A stretch of 64,000 nucleotides of DNA from Octopus sinensis (lineage: Eukaryota), in NCBI RefSeq assembly GCF_006345805.1, contig NC_042998.1, forward strand, positions 114,824,001-114,888,000. Reading direction: 5' to 3'. How positions within the stretch are numbered: position 1 is the stretch's first letter; each line of letters opens with the position of its first letter. This document shows positions 40,333 to 52,910 of the stretch, piece by piece. The notes below the pieces were generated by a model. That model saw nothing but the letters and a program-made list of their open reading frames with translations. It was not told where the DNA came from and made no database searches. A program made the translations under genes and the position numbers.

Positions 40333-41399
40333 TATATATATATTATATATATATATACATACATATATTTGTATGTATGTACATATAAACACAGACATTT
40401 ATATACAGATGTATATGCATGCGTATTTAAGTACTCTATATGCATCTGTGTGTGTGTGTGTGTGTGTTAATTTGTAGACACATTTAAGCAGGTATTTCTG
40501 TACGCTTGCCGATAATAGCGCAGTTGAAATCAGCATCTACTCTATTTAGAATAAATTCAATTGCTAATCAAGTCAGATCATTAACCATTTCGAATTTTAA
40601 AGATAAACTTTTCCAATTTATGTAAATATTATCAACGTGTATATAAAAATGCATGTGTGTGCATATCTGTGCTTTTATGTGTATATATATGACTCTCTTA
40701 TATATTTTTTTGATTTTATTGTCTATTAAGAAGGGACTGGTTTATAACTAAGAAACAAAGCTGCAATACTGGAATTTACACAACAGCAACAACAATAAAA
40801 TTTATGATCTGAATTCTAAAAATCTACTTTTATTTATTTTGTTTACAAACTGACGTTTTTGAGTACATGTTAACTGATACGTTTCTTTGCTTGAAAATCT
40901 AAACTTTTCGCAATTTATTAACACTGCCAAATGTGAGAATGATCATTGCAACATATTTTGATTTATAACCTACACAGAGTTACTGTGGATACTAATCAGT
41001 TGATTATGTATATTACTGAGATCTGTAATAAAAAATAATCTCGTTGTTTTCAAATATATCTAAGACTACGCATATCATCCAATGTGTTTTTACCTTTCAA
41101 GACATTACGAAGTATTCATCGCTTTTTCAGTTTTCTTCCTTTATGATTTTGAACGAAATAGTTACATCAGCTGGATAGTCGAACTATAAAGCCACATGAT
41201 TTTCGTTTTATATTCTTGGTACATCTACTAAACAAGTTTTTCTTACATTTAAGACATTTTGAATGGGAATGTTCGACGAATATTCCTTGGGTTGAAACGT
41301 ACAAATATACGCAACGCGAAAACTATTTCCTGATTTTGTTCTATGACAACCCTTGCAAGGCATGCCATTGTTCCAGAAGCAGCACCATGCCACAGAATG

Positions 41400-41760
41400 A
41401 TACGGTTTATGAATGTCGAGTGTCTGTGCTGCCAAAGAGTCTGAGCTGGAGAGAAAATAAATTCGTGTAAAGAGTTAAGAATAGCAAAGAATTCGGCTTC
41501 TACAGTAACAGTATTTGTATATGATGAGAGCAAGAGCCACGAGGTGATGCGAGCGTTGACGTTACCGATGGTAGCGTCTGAAAGGGAAGATGCTAGAAAG
41601 CTGTCTTCATTGGCGGTGGATATATGATCAAAGAGATTGTAGGTGGTTTGAGGTTTGAAAGAGCTTTTAAGCCAAAGCAACTGGAAATTATTGTTACTGA
41701 AATCTAGATGATGTGTGAGATGAGAAACAGCAAGAATGGAGTCATCTGTAAGTTGTCGCA
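41400..41760 (-). mobile_element. Decayed LINE apurinic-endonuclease (APE) domain fragment, CR1/L2/Jockey group
   Basis: FQLLWLK..FKPQ...LFDHISTA...TIGNVNARITSWL...TNT....EFFAILNSL..FIFSP follows the APE pattern LW.K..YRPP..GDFNA..W..TN..F...L.Q.I..PT. Confidence 0.55.
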
Positions 41761-42735
41761 AAAGAAATTATGGGCACTTTAATATATCGGATGCTTCTGT
41801 ATGTCATTACAATTAACGACTTGTATTTGTCGAGTATATAACTTATTTTATTACAAAAAGTAAACAGAGAACCAGCGTATAGTCGTAGTGAAATCTTTGT
41901 ATTAGAAACTATCATTGTGTTTTCAGATTCAAAGTTGATGAATGTTGAAAATTCCCTGTATGAATATTAATGATAAAAACTTGGACAAAGGCTACATTTT
42001 GACAAACAATGTGATTCCAGCAATAATAAATGTGGGAATTTATCAAATATGTTCCATGATTCACTACTAGCTATTTTTTCATGGGGCACCAATAGTCAAC
42101 TACTAGGTATTTCTATGGTGCCATGTCATTATGCAGATTCAACATAGCTTTCTGCTAATGTTCGTATCTGGCAGTGAATATCTTTCCCATGTTGTTATTT
42201 ACTGATTGTATCTAGTCATTCAACGATTCTTTATATGATTTAATCCACTACGGTTAGAATCTGGCGAAAACTAATGTATCAAACTTTCCAGATCTGTCAT
42301 CAAAATCATTTAATATCTTATTGAAAAGTAGCTTGTGTGCAAACAGAGTGTTTACTTTCTCCTTCGGTAAACAGTATCATGGTTAGAAGCAAAATTGTCA
42401 CTAATGCTGGCTAGTTGAAATAGAAATCGCCCGATCAAAGAGTTTTCACTAAAAGTTCATGCTTTGAATCTATGAACTTAACCTCGAGAGTAACGAGTAT
42501 AGAAATTCCGTACGTTTTAGTCAGTGTTTTTATTTGACTTCCATAAAAAAATATTTGAAGTGCTATGTAACTATTATCCTTCTTCCAATCTTAAAGTGCC
42601 ATCTAAGCTCCTTCATCTGCGGCTTAGGCATTATGCATTATACCTGAATTGCACTACAGGCATGTTCTAAAAGCTATCTTACGTGAGAACAGCAGTATGA
42701 GTAGATCGAAAGTTCATGCATACATACATACATAC

Positions 42736-42768
<33 letters not shown>

Positions 42769-42840
42769 CATACATACATGCATACATACATGCATGCATG
42801 CATACATAAATGCATGCATGCATAGTTACGTACATATATG

Positions 42841-43059
42841 TATGAGGGGTGCTGAAAAGTTCCTAGTTTTGGGTAAAAGAAAATATAGGAGGATCTGTTA
42901 ATTATGATTTTATTATAACCCTCTCTCAGATTTACACAATTGTTGCAGTTGTCCTTTAATTTCTCTAAGCCCTGTTAACAAAAGTCGTGGAGGTGGGCCT
43001 CCATCTTGGCCTTTCGAGAAACCCTTAATGCCAGGAAAATGTTAGCATACCTTTGAATA
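42841..43059. mobile_element. Mariner-type MITE, copy 2
   Basis: tatgaggggtgctgaaaagttcctagtttt; the internal sequence aligns with 32969-33189; the right TIR is degenerate. Confidence 0.8.
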
Positions 43060-44038
43060 TCTATAATATAAATCCCGTTCTCTGTGTGCGCGTGTGTAAA
43101 AGTTTATAGCGGCTGTATTTTTCAACTGTTTTTCTCCAAGCTGGGAAGATACATTACTTATTTTCCAGAGATGGTTTTAGACTCTTAAAATGTTTCAAAT
43201 ACTGAGTACAGGATCCCTGGGAGCAGACTATACCCGTTCCTGGGTTACGTGGATAAAGGAGATAACTGCTTGCGAATTAACTTTCAGAGACTGATTGTCT
43301 CTCTTACATCCATTGGTCATAATAAAAATAAACTATTGCTTTTTATATTAGATTCACGTCTTTGAAAGCTTATGAAAATATTTACTTCCGGTTTTCTAGC
43401 ATCCGTGACGTCTATATCTCTCTATATCTCTCTACCAATCTCTCTCTATCGATCTCTATCTCTCTTTATCTATATCTATCTTCCCATCTCTATCCCTATA
43501 TCTATCTCTCTGTAGCTATCTGTCTATATTTGATCTATCTACCTATATCTACCGCTTTGCCTAACTAGCTACCTGTCTCTCTTTCTCCCTCTCTCTATAT
43601 CTCTCTCATTCTCTATTGTTCTTCACTTGCTATTGTTATCACTTCAATCGGTATTGTTTTCACTGTAAATTTTCAATAGCTATTTACAAACAACAACGAC
43701 AAATTAAGAAAGAAATTCACAATTACTGATGAAAGTAATTTCTTACTGACAGAAGTAACATCATAAATTTCACTTTAATCCGTACACTTAGTTAAATTCC
43801 CTAAATATTTCTTATTTCATTTTTGCAACGACTTTGTGTTTTTTCTGTTATTAAACGGCTTTTTCCTGGTTTTTTGGTTCACACTTACAATACTTTATTT
43901 TCCAGAAATAAATTTCTCATTTACTTTCTGCCCGTCATATTAAGAAATATGATTTCCGTTACCCAGTTATTTTCATTGTTTACTATCTTCTGCACCCATG
44001 TAATTCTTTATACGTATATAACCTTGCCTTGAAGGAAA

Positions 44039-44628
44039 GTGTCAAAATTGTCTACAATGTCAAGGTTAGCCAAAAGAATGTCAATGTTCAGGGAAAGAGA
44101 CACAGCTGCAGAAAGGGAATCATATCAAGAAACGAACAAACTGTGCATTACAAAAGCCAGAGCATCTCGAAGTGATGAACAGAAGTATGCACGGCTGACA
44201 AGGCATAGGATCTCCACTGCAACAGCTCAGAGAAGCAAATTCTATGAAGCAGCTTTCAAATATGATCTAGTAGTTCATTATGCAGATGATACTAGAGTTT
44301 CCATTGGTGCAACGGAAGCTCAGTGCCTACATTGTAAAGCAAGGAAGAGGCCTGAAGAGACACCTGCATTGTGCTGCAGTGGTGAAAATATTAAAGTCTC
44401 TGCAATCCTCCAACCTCCAGAGCCATTGGAGAAACTGTTGTCATCAACTGACCAAGATTCCAAGCACCTCCAAAACAAAATTAAACAATACAACGCTGCA
44501 CCACAGATGACATCATTTGGAGCCACAAGAGATTTAAATGAGTCAGGATTCATGCAAACTTTCAAGATCCAAGATCAGATTTAGCATCGGATTGGCTCTC
44601 TACTAACTTTTTCAAATGAATCACCAAA
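44039..44628 (+). mobile_element. Helitron Rep-helicase N-terminal fragment
   Basis: AFKYD...VSIG....CLHCKA....ETPALCCSG...PPEPLEKLL...IKQYNAAPQMTSFGA...FMQTFKIQDQI*HRIGSLL, the standard region preceding the Rep domain. Confidence 0.9.
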
Positions 44629-44899
44629 ATCGGCCTTTTTTTTTTATAATCTGTACCTGTTGTTTAGGTTTTGAGATAAGCTACACAAAACGTGTTTTTG
44701 AAATATGTGCATTTACTTTATATACATATATGAGTTGAAAACTTTTTTTAACATTTCACTCTACGTCTATATTCCATGCTGGCATGGATTGGAGAATTAT
44801 TAATGTAGAAAGTTGGTATCACAGCTGCTAGCAGTTGAAACCTGCGTTATCTAGACGGTATTTTAAAATTTCATTAAGCTCTTTAACCCGGGCAACGCT

Positions 44900-44995
44900 G
44901 GTGTGACAAACATTTCCTGGCATTAACAGTATCGCGAAAGGCCTGCCTGGGCCTCAAGTCCACTGGTATTTTAATAGTTTTTGACTTTGTATAGA
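44900..44995 (-). mobile_element. Mariner-type MITE, partial copy 3 (inverted)
   Basis: tttcctggcattaacagtatcgcgaaaggcc is the reverse complement of the ggcctttcgcgatacccttaa.gccagg segment in copies 1 and 2. Confidence 0.6.
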
Positions 44996-45000
44996 AGTCT

Positions 45001-45031
<31 letters not shown>

Positions 45032-45174
45032 AGCATACGAATACCTACGTATACGCACATGTACATACATATATATGCACGTATATACAACCACCAGTTC
45101 AGTTCTTCATCCAGACACCATGTGCTATATTGCTAAAATACCACCACAGTGAATATAATGACGAGGCGAATATA

Positions 45175-45580
45175 TATTCTTTTATTCTTTTATTCTTTTA
45201 TATGTTTCATTCCAATGACTGTGGCCATATTGGAGCACCGCCATTGTAATCATCCTTCCACTTTCCACCTTTGTCGAAGTGGCTTTTAGTAAAGGATGGA
45301 GTTCGATACTACTGCTCTCTTTTGAGTTTCTTGCTTAGATATTGGCTCATCCGGCATCTCGGTGAGCTAGAGGTCAAGTTCACGTTTGAAAAAACTTCTA
45401 CATTCACTCTATGGATGCTCCCCAGATGCTTCGGCAGACAGTTAAACAGTTGTGGGCCCTTGAAACACAAGCTCTTGCAGTACATCGTCCTTGCTCGAGA
45501 TGAAGCAGTCGGCAGAGTGGGGACAGCACAGTGACGTCTTGTTCGTGGTCTACTATCGGTCTTTATTCCAAAATTTGGAA
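45175..45580 (-). mobile_element. CR1-type LINE 3' end
   Basis: PNFGIK...RTRRHCAVP...RTMYCKSLCFKGPQLFNCLPKHL; ORF end ...RAVVSNSILY*; short 3' UTR and terminal (aataaaag) repeats. Confidence 0.8.
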
Positions 45581-45588
45581 TATATATA

Positions 45589-45912
<324 letters not shown>

Positions 45913-45917
45913 TTATA

Positions 45918-45969
<52 letters not shown>

Positions 45970-46038
45970 ATCTATCTATCTATCTATCTATCTGTCTGTC
46001 TATCTATCTATCTATACATACATACATACATACATACA

Positions 46039-46071
<33 letters not shown>

Positions 46072-46095
46072 TATATATATGTATAGATATATATG

Positions 46096-46906
46096 CATCT
46101 TAATAACCATCTCGAGAACCTAGTTTCCACAAAAACTGTTCGCCGGGAGATGCACAAAGCTGGATTTCACGGGAGGGCTGCAAACAGAAAATCACTACTT
46201 TCAGAAACAAATGTTACAACCGTTTAAATAGGAGTAAATACCTACAGAAGTGGTCCCTGAAGCAGTAGAAGAATATTATTTTCTCGGACGAGTCATCCTT
46301 TACCTTATTTCCATCCATCTTCCGAGTATAAGTGTGGAGACAACCGAAACAAGAATTTGACTCAGATTGACTTTTTCCAACTGTTCAACATAGAGGAAGA
46401 TCTGTGATGATCTGCGGGGCTATATCTTGGAACTCCGCCGGCCCATTGGTATTCCTTCATGGCAGAATTAATAGTCAAGTCTATTTAAGCGTTTTATCTG
46501 AATAAATTCATCCTATGTTTGCGGAACTGTTCCCGGAGGGAAACGCAATCTTTCAAGATGATAATACACCAATTCATACAGCTAAAGTTGTTACTGAATG
46601 GCACAAGGAACATTCTAGTGAAGTTGAAAATGCTATCTGGCCACCATAGGCCCCAGATCTCAATACTATTGAACATTTATCTATATTTTAGAAAAACAAG
46701 TCAGAAGTCTATATCCTCCACCATCATCACTACAAGAACTCGAAACTGTTTTAGAATAGACAAAAATTCTTTTGGAAACAATTCAAACTTTGTACGAATA
46801 TAACCTTGTAGAATTCAAGCTGTAATTACAACCAAAGGAGGTCCTACTCCATATTAAAGTAAAATTTTTTGAAAGTTTAAGTTGTTTCCATTATGTTGTC
46901 CAATCT
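46096..46906 (+). pseudogene. Tc1-type transposase pseudogene, DD36E spacing, 5' truncated, with putative right TIR
   Basis: TVRREMHKAGFHGRAA.RK; IIFSDESSFTLF; SVMICGAISW; FQDDNTPIHTA...WPP*APDLNTIEHL. D at 46560-62 and E at 46671-73 are separated by 36 codons. Ends tttccattatgttgtccaatc. Confidence 0.9.
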
Positions 46907-46939
46907 CTCTCTCTCTCTCTCATTCTCTCTCTCTCTCTG

Positions 46940-46986
<47 letters not shown>

Positions 46987-46990
<4 letters not shown>

Positions 46991-47257
46991 TAAGCATAAG
47001 GGTTTAGCAACGAGTTGCCTTACCACATACCGAATTTAGAAATAGCAGTCAAAGGGTTATAGCTATTTCTTCTACTAAAAAGGGAGATCTCAGTAAAAAC
47101 AGCATTTGGAAGGCACAAACCTGTTTGTGCCTTCCAAATGCTGTTTTTACTGAGATCTCCCTTTTTAGTAGAAGAAATAGCTATAACCCTTTGACTGCTA
47201 TTTCTAAATTCGGTATGTGGTAAGGCAACTCGTTGCTAAACCCTTATTGCTTAGTAT
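46987..47257. repeat. Near-perfect palindrome, 134/135-bp arms, 2-nt loop (CT, 47121-22)
   Basis: The arms are exact reverse complements except for a 1-nt indel near the outer end. The left end abuts (TA)n; the right arm continues ~90 bp to another (TA)n. Confidence 0.97.
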
Positions 47258-48079
47258 TACTTAAATTTTCCTCGAATGAGGCTTTTACATGCCGAAGACT
47301 ACTTGGTGTAATTGATAATTTTTCCAAATTAATTAATTTCACCCTTCATTATATATATATATATATATATCAGCAGCATAAATAATCCGAAGCATTCATA
47401 TATGTGTGTGCATGTTGGCGTGCGTCTGTGTTTGACTTCAACCACCGTTTGCAACCGGTGTTGGTGTGTTTACGTCCCCGTAACTTAGCGTTTCAGTAAA
47501 AGAGAACGATAGAATAAATACCGGATTTCAAAACTTAAAAGAGTACTGGTCTCGATTCATTCGATAAATATTTTTCGAGAAGGTTCCCCATTATGGCCGT
47601 AGTCTAATGAATGAAACAAGTACAGATAAAAGAGATATGTTGAGCCCTAGGATCCATAATGCCAGTTACACCATTTCCAGAGCGTATAGGTAACCGATAT
47701 TACAACAATCCCCTTGAACTGGAGGCCAGTCAGCTGCAAGATTCAGGGTTAGGAATGTTGATGAGAGAAGAAAATCACTTATATCATTCTCAGTAATTGA
47801 TTAGTATTTTATTTCATCGACCCCGAAAGGAAAAATGTAAAGTTGACCTCAGCGGGATTTGAACTCATAGGGTGAAAATACAGAAGAAATGCTACTCTAA
47901 ATTTTGTCCCACGTGCTAACTATTCTTCCAGCTCGCATCATATGTGTCTATTTGTGCGAGTATAAGTATGTGTGTGTGCGTGTGTATGAGTGTATGTGTG
48001 TGTGCACGCATGTGCGTGTACACGTATATATTACATATATTGTTATTTACTTATCTATGTACATACATACATACATACA

Positions 48080-48137
<58 letters not shown>

Positions 48138-48139
48138 TA

Positions 48140-48905
48140 CTCTTTTACTCGTCTCAGCCATGCGGCTGCGGTCATGCTGGAGCACCACCGTGGTCTTTCT
48201 TATTTCCTTAGTCTGGGGTGTTTCACATTATCACTCCTGTATGTGCCTTTGTTCCAGTTGTTGGCCCATTTGTTGTATAAGGGAGTTTGATTCTGCTGCC
48301 CTCGTCTGCACCGCAAGTTGGGCTGTTCGTTCAACTGGTATTGGGGAGAGAAGGATGCCTAGTTCCCTTTTGATGACATCTTCTCCCTCCTTATGTAGAT
48401 CCCTTAATTTCTGTGGCAGGGCATTGAAGAGCTGTGGTCATTTGAACCCTAGACTATTGATGTATCTGGTCCTGAATGTAGATGGAGTAGATAGTACATT
48501 TGGTACAACACATTTGCGGTCGGTTCTGGCATTTGTAAAACTCAATGCTTAAATTAGGTACTAGCCCTTCTAGAGTTTTTTATATATAGATTAGTGCATA
48601 CCTTTCACGCCTTCGCTCCAAGGAGTAAAGTTGCAGTTTTCTCAGCCTGTTCCTGTAGCTCATCCACTGCACTGCTTCAATCTTTTTATCATAGTGGCGT
48701 TGGAATGCTTCAAGTTCCGCTGTTAGTTTTGCATTATATGGTGAACATAACTGCGAGCAGAGTCCAGGCGGCTGAGAACAAAGGTGCTCCATAGTATCAA
48801 TATAGTTTTTGGTCTCTTGTATTGAAGGACTTCAGTATCCATCCTCCCAGTTGTTTGCACTTTGCTGCCATCTTGGTAATGTGCAAATAAAACGATGCGT
48901 CAATT
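48140..48905 (-). mobile_element. CR1-type LINE 3' portion
   Basis: CSQLCSPYNAKLTAELEAFQRHY.KKI...SYRNRLRKLQLYSLERRRERYALIYI; GSNDHSSSMPC region; TRAAESNSLIQQ end. Confidence 0.85.
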
Positions 48906-48924
48906 GTCTTATATTATAGCCTCC

Positions 48925-49225
48925 AGCCAACTAAAACCTTGTGACCAGATTTAGTCGATGGAAACTGACAGAAGCTCGCCGTATATATACTTCTATCTAT
49001 GAATGTATGTGTGTGTCTGTGTTTGTATTTGTCACCCACCACCACTTGACAACTAGTGTTGGTGTATTTATTTGCCCATAACTTAGCGGTCTGGGAAGGA
49101 GGGAACGATGGGATAAGTAATAGGCTTCAAAAAGTAAGTCCCAGGTTCGATTTGCCCGACTAAAGCCTATAAAGGCGGTGCCTCAGCATGGCCCCTGTCC
49201 ATTGACTGAAACAAGGGAATAAAAA
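48925..49225 (+). mobile_element. Dominant-family SINE, 5' truncated and diverged
   Basis: gatggaaactgacagaagctcgccgta...cacttgacaactagtgttggtg...ggcggtgcctcagcatggcc...tgactgaaacaag. Confidence 0.8.
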
Positions 49226-49962
49226 ATTATATATATATATATATATCTATATATATATATATATAGTAAAATGAGAACAAAAAAATGCACATTAGATATG
49301 AAAATGAAGGGGGAAAGTGAGGAAAAGAGAGTGAGAGAAGAGAGGAAGAGAGAGAAAGAGAAGAAGAGAGAGAAAGAGAGAGCTAACAGCTATTAGGATA
49401 TGGAATGTTCTGATGAATAATCTAGTTCATAATGGTATAGCACATTTATATATTTATATATATGCATCTAAAAGGTTGGATGATCACGGCTAGATTGTCC
49501 TTGATGATGTATCTCTACGATTAGTGCTATCCGGGGGGTTAAAAACCAACAACAACAACAAAACAACATAAATAGCAAGCATGGAGTAAATAAAATACAT
49601 TTATAATATGAATGTCTTAGCTGAAATTGTCTTTAAAAATTGCCCGAACAGATATAGATTTTTATTCGATGCCATAAATGGAATGCACGGGAAAGAATGG
49701 TAAAAAGCTGAGAAGATGTATTGCATCGACAAAGGAATAGTTTTCTTAGCTTTAAAAATCATCTCTCTATTGTCCATCGGATAATCTATGCAGTTATCTT
49801 ATTGATTAAAACCAATATCTATATATTTATTTACATGAAAGACTGATACTGGAATATCGCTATTTTCAGCCGAAGCATTCACTTATTCATTTTATGGAGT
49901 TCTTTTCATCTTCGTTATTATTATTATTATTATTATTATTATTGTTGTTGTTGTTGTTGTTG

Positions 49963-50026
<64 letters not shown>

Positions 50027-50739
50027 CATTATTATATCCATTGAAATATACATCGTGTATATATATATTTATTTTGGATGCGAGAAATGAAGGATGAGTA
50101 AAAGAATATAAAATTATTTTTCAGCAAAAAAAAAAAAAAGGAAAAAAAATTTTCAGATTGACCCACAACTGTATAAATATAGTGGGAAAAAAATCACCAT
50201 ACTAATATAGCTTTACAATATTATGTTCTGTTTTCGAGATTTTTATTTATAACATTTTCCCATTTTGAACAATATACTCCAACTTCAGATGCAAAATGAG
50301 AATTCAAGAATTTCTCTATTCAGAAATTAATTGGTAAGATAATCTGCAAGAAAGTTCGGTGCTAAATCTCATTACACATGTAATAATTTTCGACACACTT
50401 ACAGACACACGGACACACACACACACATACTCAAACACACACACTCAAACACAAAAAATCAAGATTGCATACTCACAGGCACAACTATTGAAGTACAATG
50501 TTTATATACGTATATGTGCGCACGCGTGTATGTGTGTGTTGTGCGCGTGTGTCTGTGTGTGTATGTGTGTATGTGTGTGTGTATAGGAATATATATATAC
50601 ATATATATATATGTATATATATATGTATATATATATATACATATATATATATACATATATATATACATATATATATACATATACATATATACATATACAT
50701 ATACATATATATATATACATATACATATTATATATACAT

Positions 50740-50841
<102 letters not shown>

Positions 50842-52303
50842 CAACGGAATTTTTTTTACCTTGTTGGTACGGTATTTTTCAGACAAAACTAATCTGAAGA
50901 GTATCAACTGTAAAATACTTTTTATTTATTTATATTACTTATATTTTCATTTAAGAGAGTGCGTATACACGTAAAAATATAACAGCTATAAACACTTATG
51001 TGAATCTCTGCACACAAGCATACGGACAATTACTCACATAAATCACGTGTGTATGTGTATGCGTGTGTATGTGTGTGTATGTGTTTGTGTCTGTGTGTGT
51101 ACCTGCGTGTGTTTGTGTGTGTGCATATATGTATACATGTATAAAAGTATATATACATACATATATATATATACGTATATTATGATATATATGTGTATAT
51201 ACAAGTATATCTATCAATCTGTCTATATATAATCATACGTGTATGTATGTATGTATAGGGATCGATGTTGAAGAAAACTTTCTTTTTCGAAATAATATAT
51301 AGATCAATTGTTCAACATTTCGTTTAAGGTTCATTGTCTGTCAAAAAGAACATGTAGAATTATGACTTCTTTAGAAACATTTTCTTTTTCACGCCACAAA
51401 ATATATTTGGGTTATATTTAGGGAGTACAAAGAAAAAATTGAAAAACGAAATTAAGTAAAAAGGAAAATGCAAAATCTAATGTATTTGGAGTTACACCAA
51501 CGCCCGCACACGTATGTGAAAAATAAGTAGATGTACATATATATACACATATATACATATTGTGTGTGAGGGTATACGATGTATAACTATTTTTGTCTAT
51601 GTGTGATTCATATAAATCGTTTGAATCAAGGGAAGAGAAAAAGAGGGGTACGAGAATGATATCAAATATATATATATATATATATGTGGGTGTGTGTATG
51701 TGTGCGTGTGTGAGTATGTGCGTGTGTGTGTGCGCGTGTGTGTATAAAATAATAGGAAAAAGCCGTTTATAAAAATGGCTGATGTCTGACAGCTTCTTCA
51801 TTCTCTTTGAACATATTTATGTACTATTTCTGTATTTATCCATTCTGCTGCATGCCACCACACACACACACACATATGTTCTTGCCTTTTATGTTGTTAT
51901 GTTTTCTTTTAAATAATTATTTGGATGGGATGCGTACATTTTCTGCTGCATGTGTGTATGTTTCCCTATACGAGTGTTATATATGTAATTATAACGCGGT
52001 TACAACCAATTTAGCTGTCAGAACTTTTAGATGTGCATACCTTTGTCTATTTTTCGCTTGTATCGAATTGTATCTATCGATCTAAATCGGTATATATTTA
52101 TACAGCTATACATGTGCACACACAATTATATATTCACGGGTACACACACACTCTCACACACTCAACCCCCACACAAATAGTCATACATATATTTTAATGC
52201 GTGTATATATGTGTGTGTGTGTCTTAGTTTAAAATATGATGTAAATTCTACATTGAGCAAGAAGTTAACCACTAGTCAAGTACTGAGATTGATTTAATCG
52301 CAA

Positions 52304-52354
<51 letters not shown>

Positions 52355-52699
52355 ACACACACACACACGTGCGTGTGTCTTTGTATTAGTGTTTCTGCCT
52401 GTATATATCTTAAATTATTACAAATCTCTCTCATGTTTAATCTTGTGTTGGATTCAGAGCTGTATCAATCCGATATAACTACTGTCTGAAGGAGAAAAGA
52501 GAAATATTTCAAAGCAAAATATATAAATGATAGTCTTCTCTTGGAATTTACATTTCATTCTCTATTGAACTCACTTAAATTTATTAAGATTTCAACTCTT
52601 ATTGGCAAGAACAAGGAAAAGTCACTTCTCTTCTCTCATACTGGGCCCAGAGAAGGTAACCGTACTACCCGCGTAACAAAGCGTGAGGGAGAAAGAAAC

Positions 52700-52910
<211 letters not shown>

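Noticed and set aside
41249-41761. 170-aa minus-strand ORF with a good splice acceptor, as a host exon
   Set aside because: It is better explained as a decayed LINE APE domain (GNVNA at the GDFNA position).
47265-47305. Hammerhead-like cgaatga-GGC-loop-GCC-gaag just beyond the palindrome
   Set aside because: Both core boxes are non-canonical and I found no stem I partner. It is at most a decayed motif.
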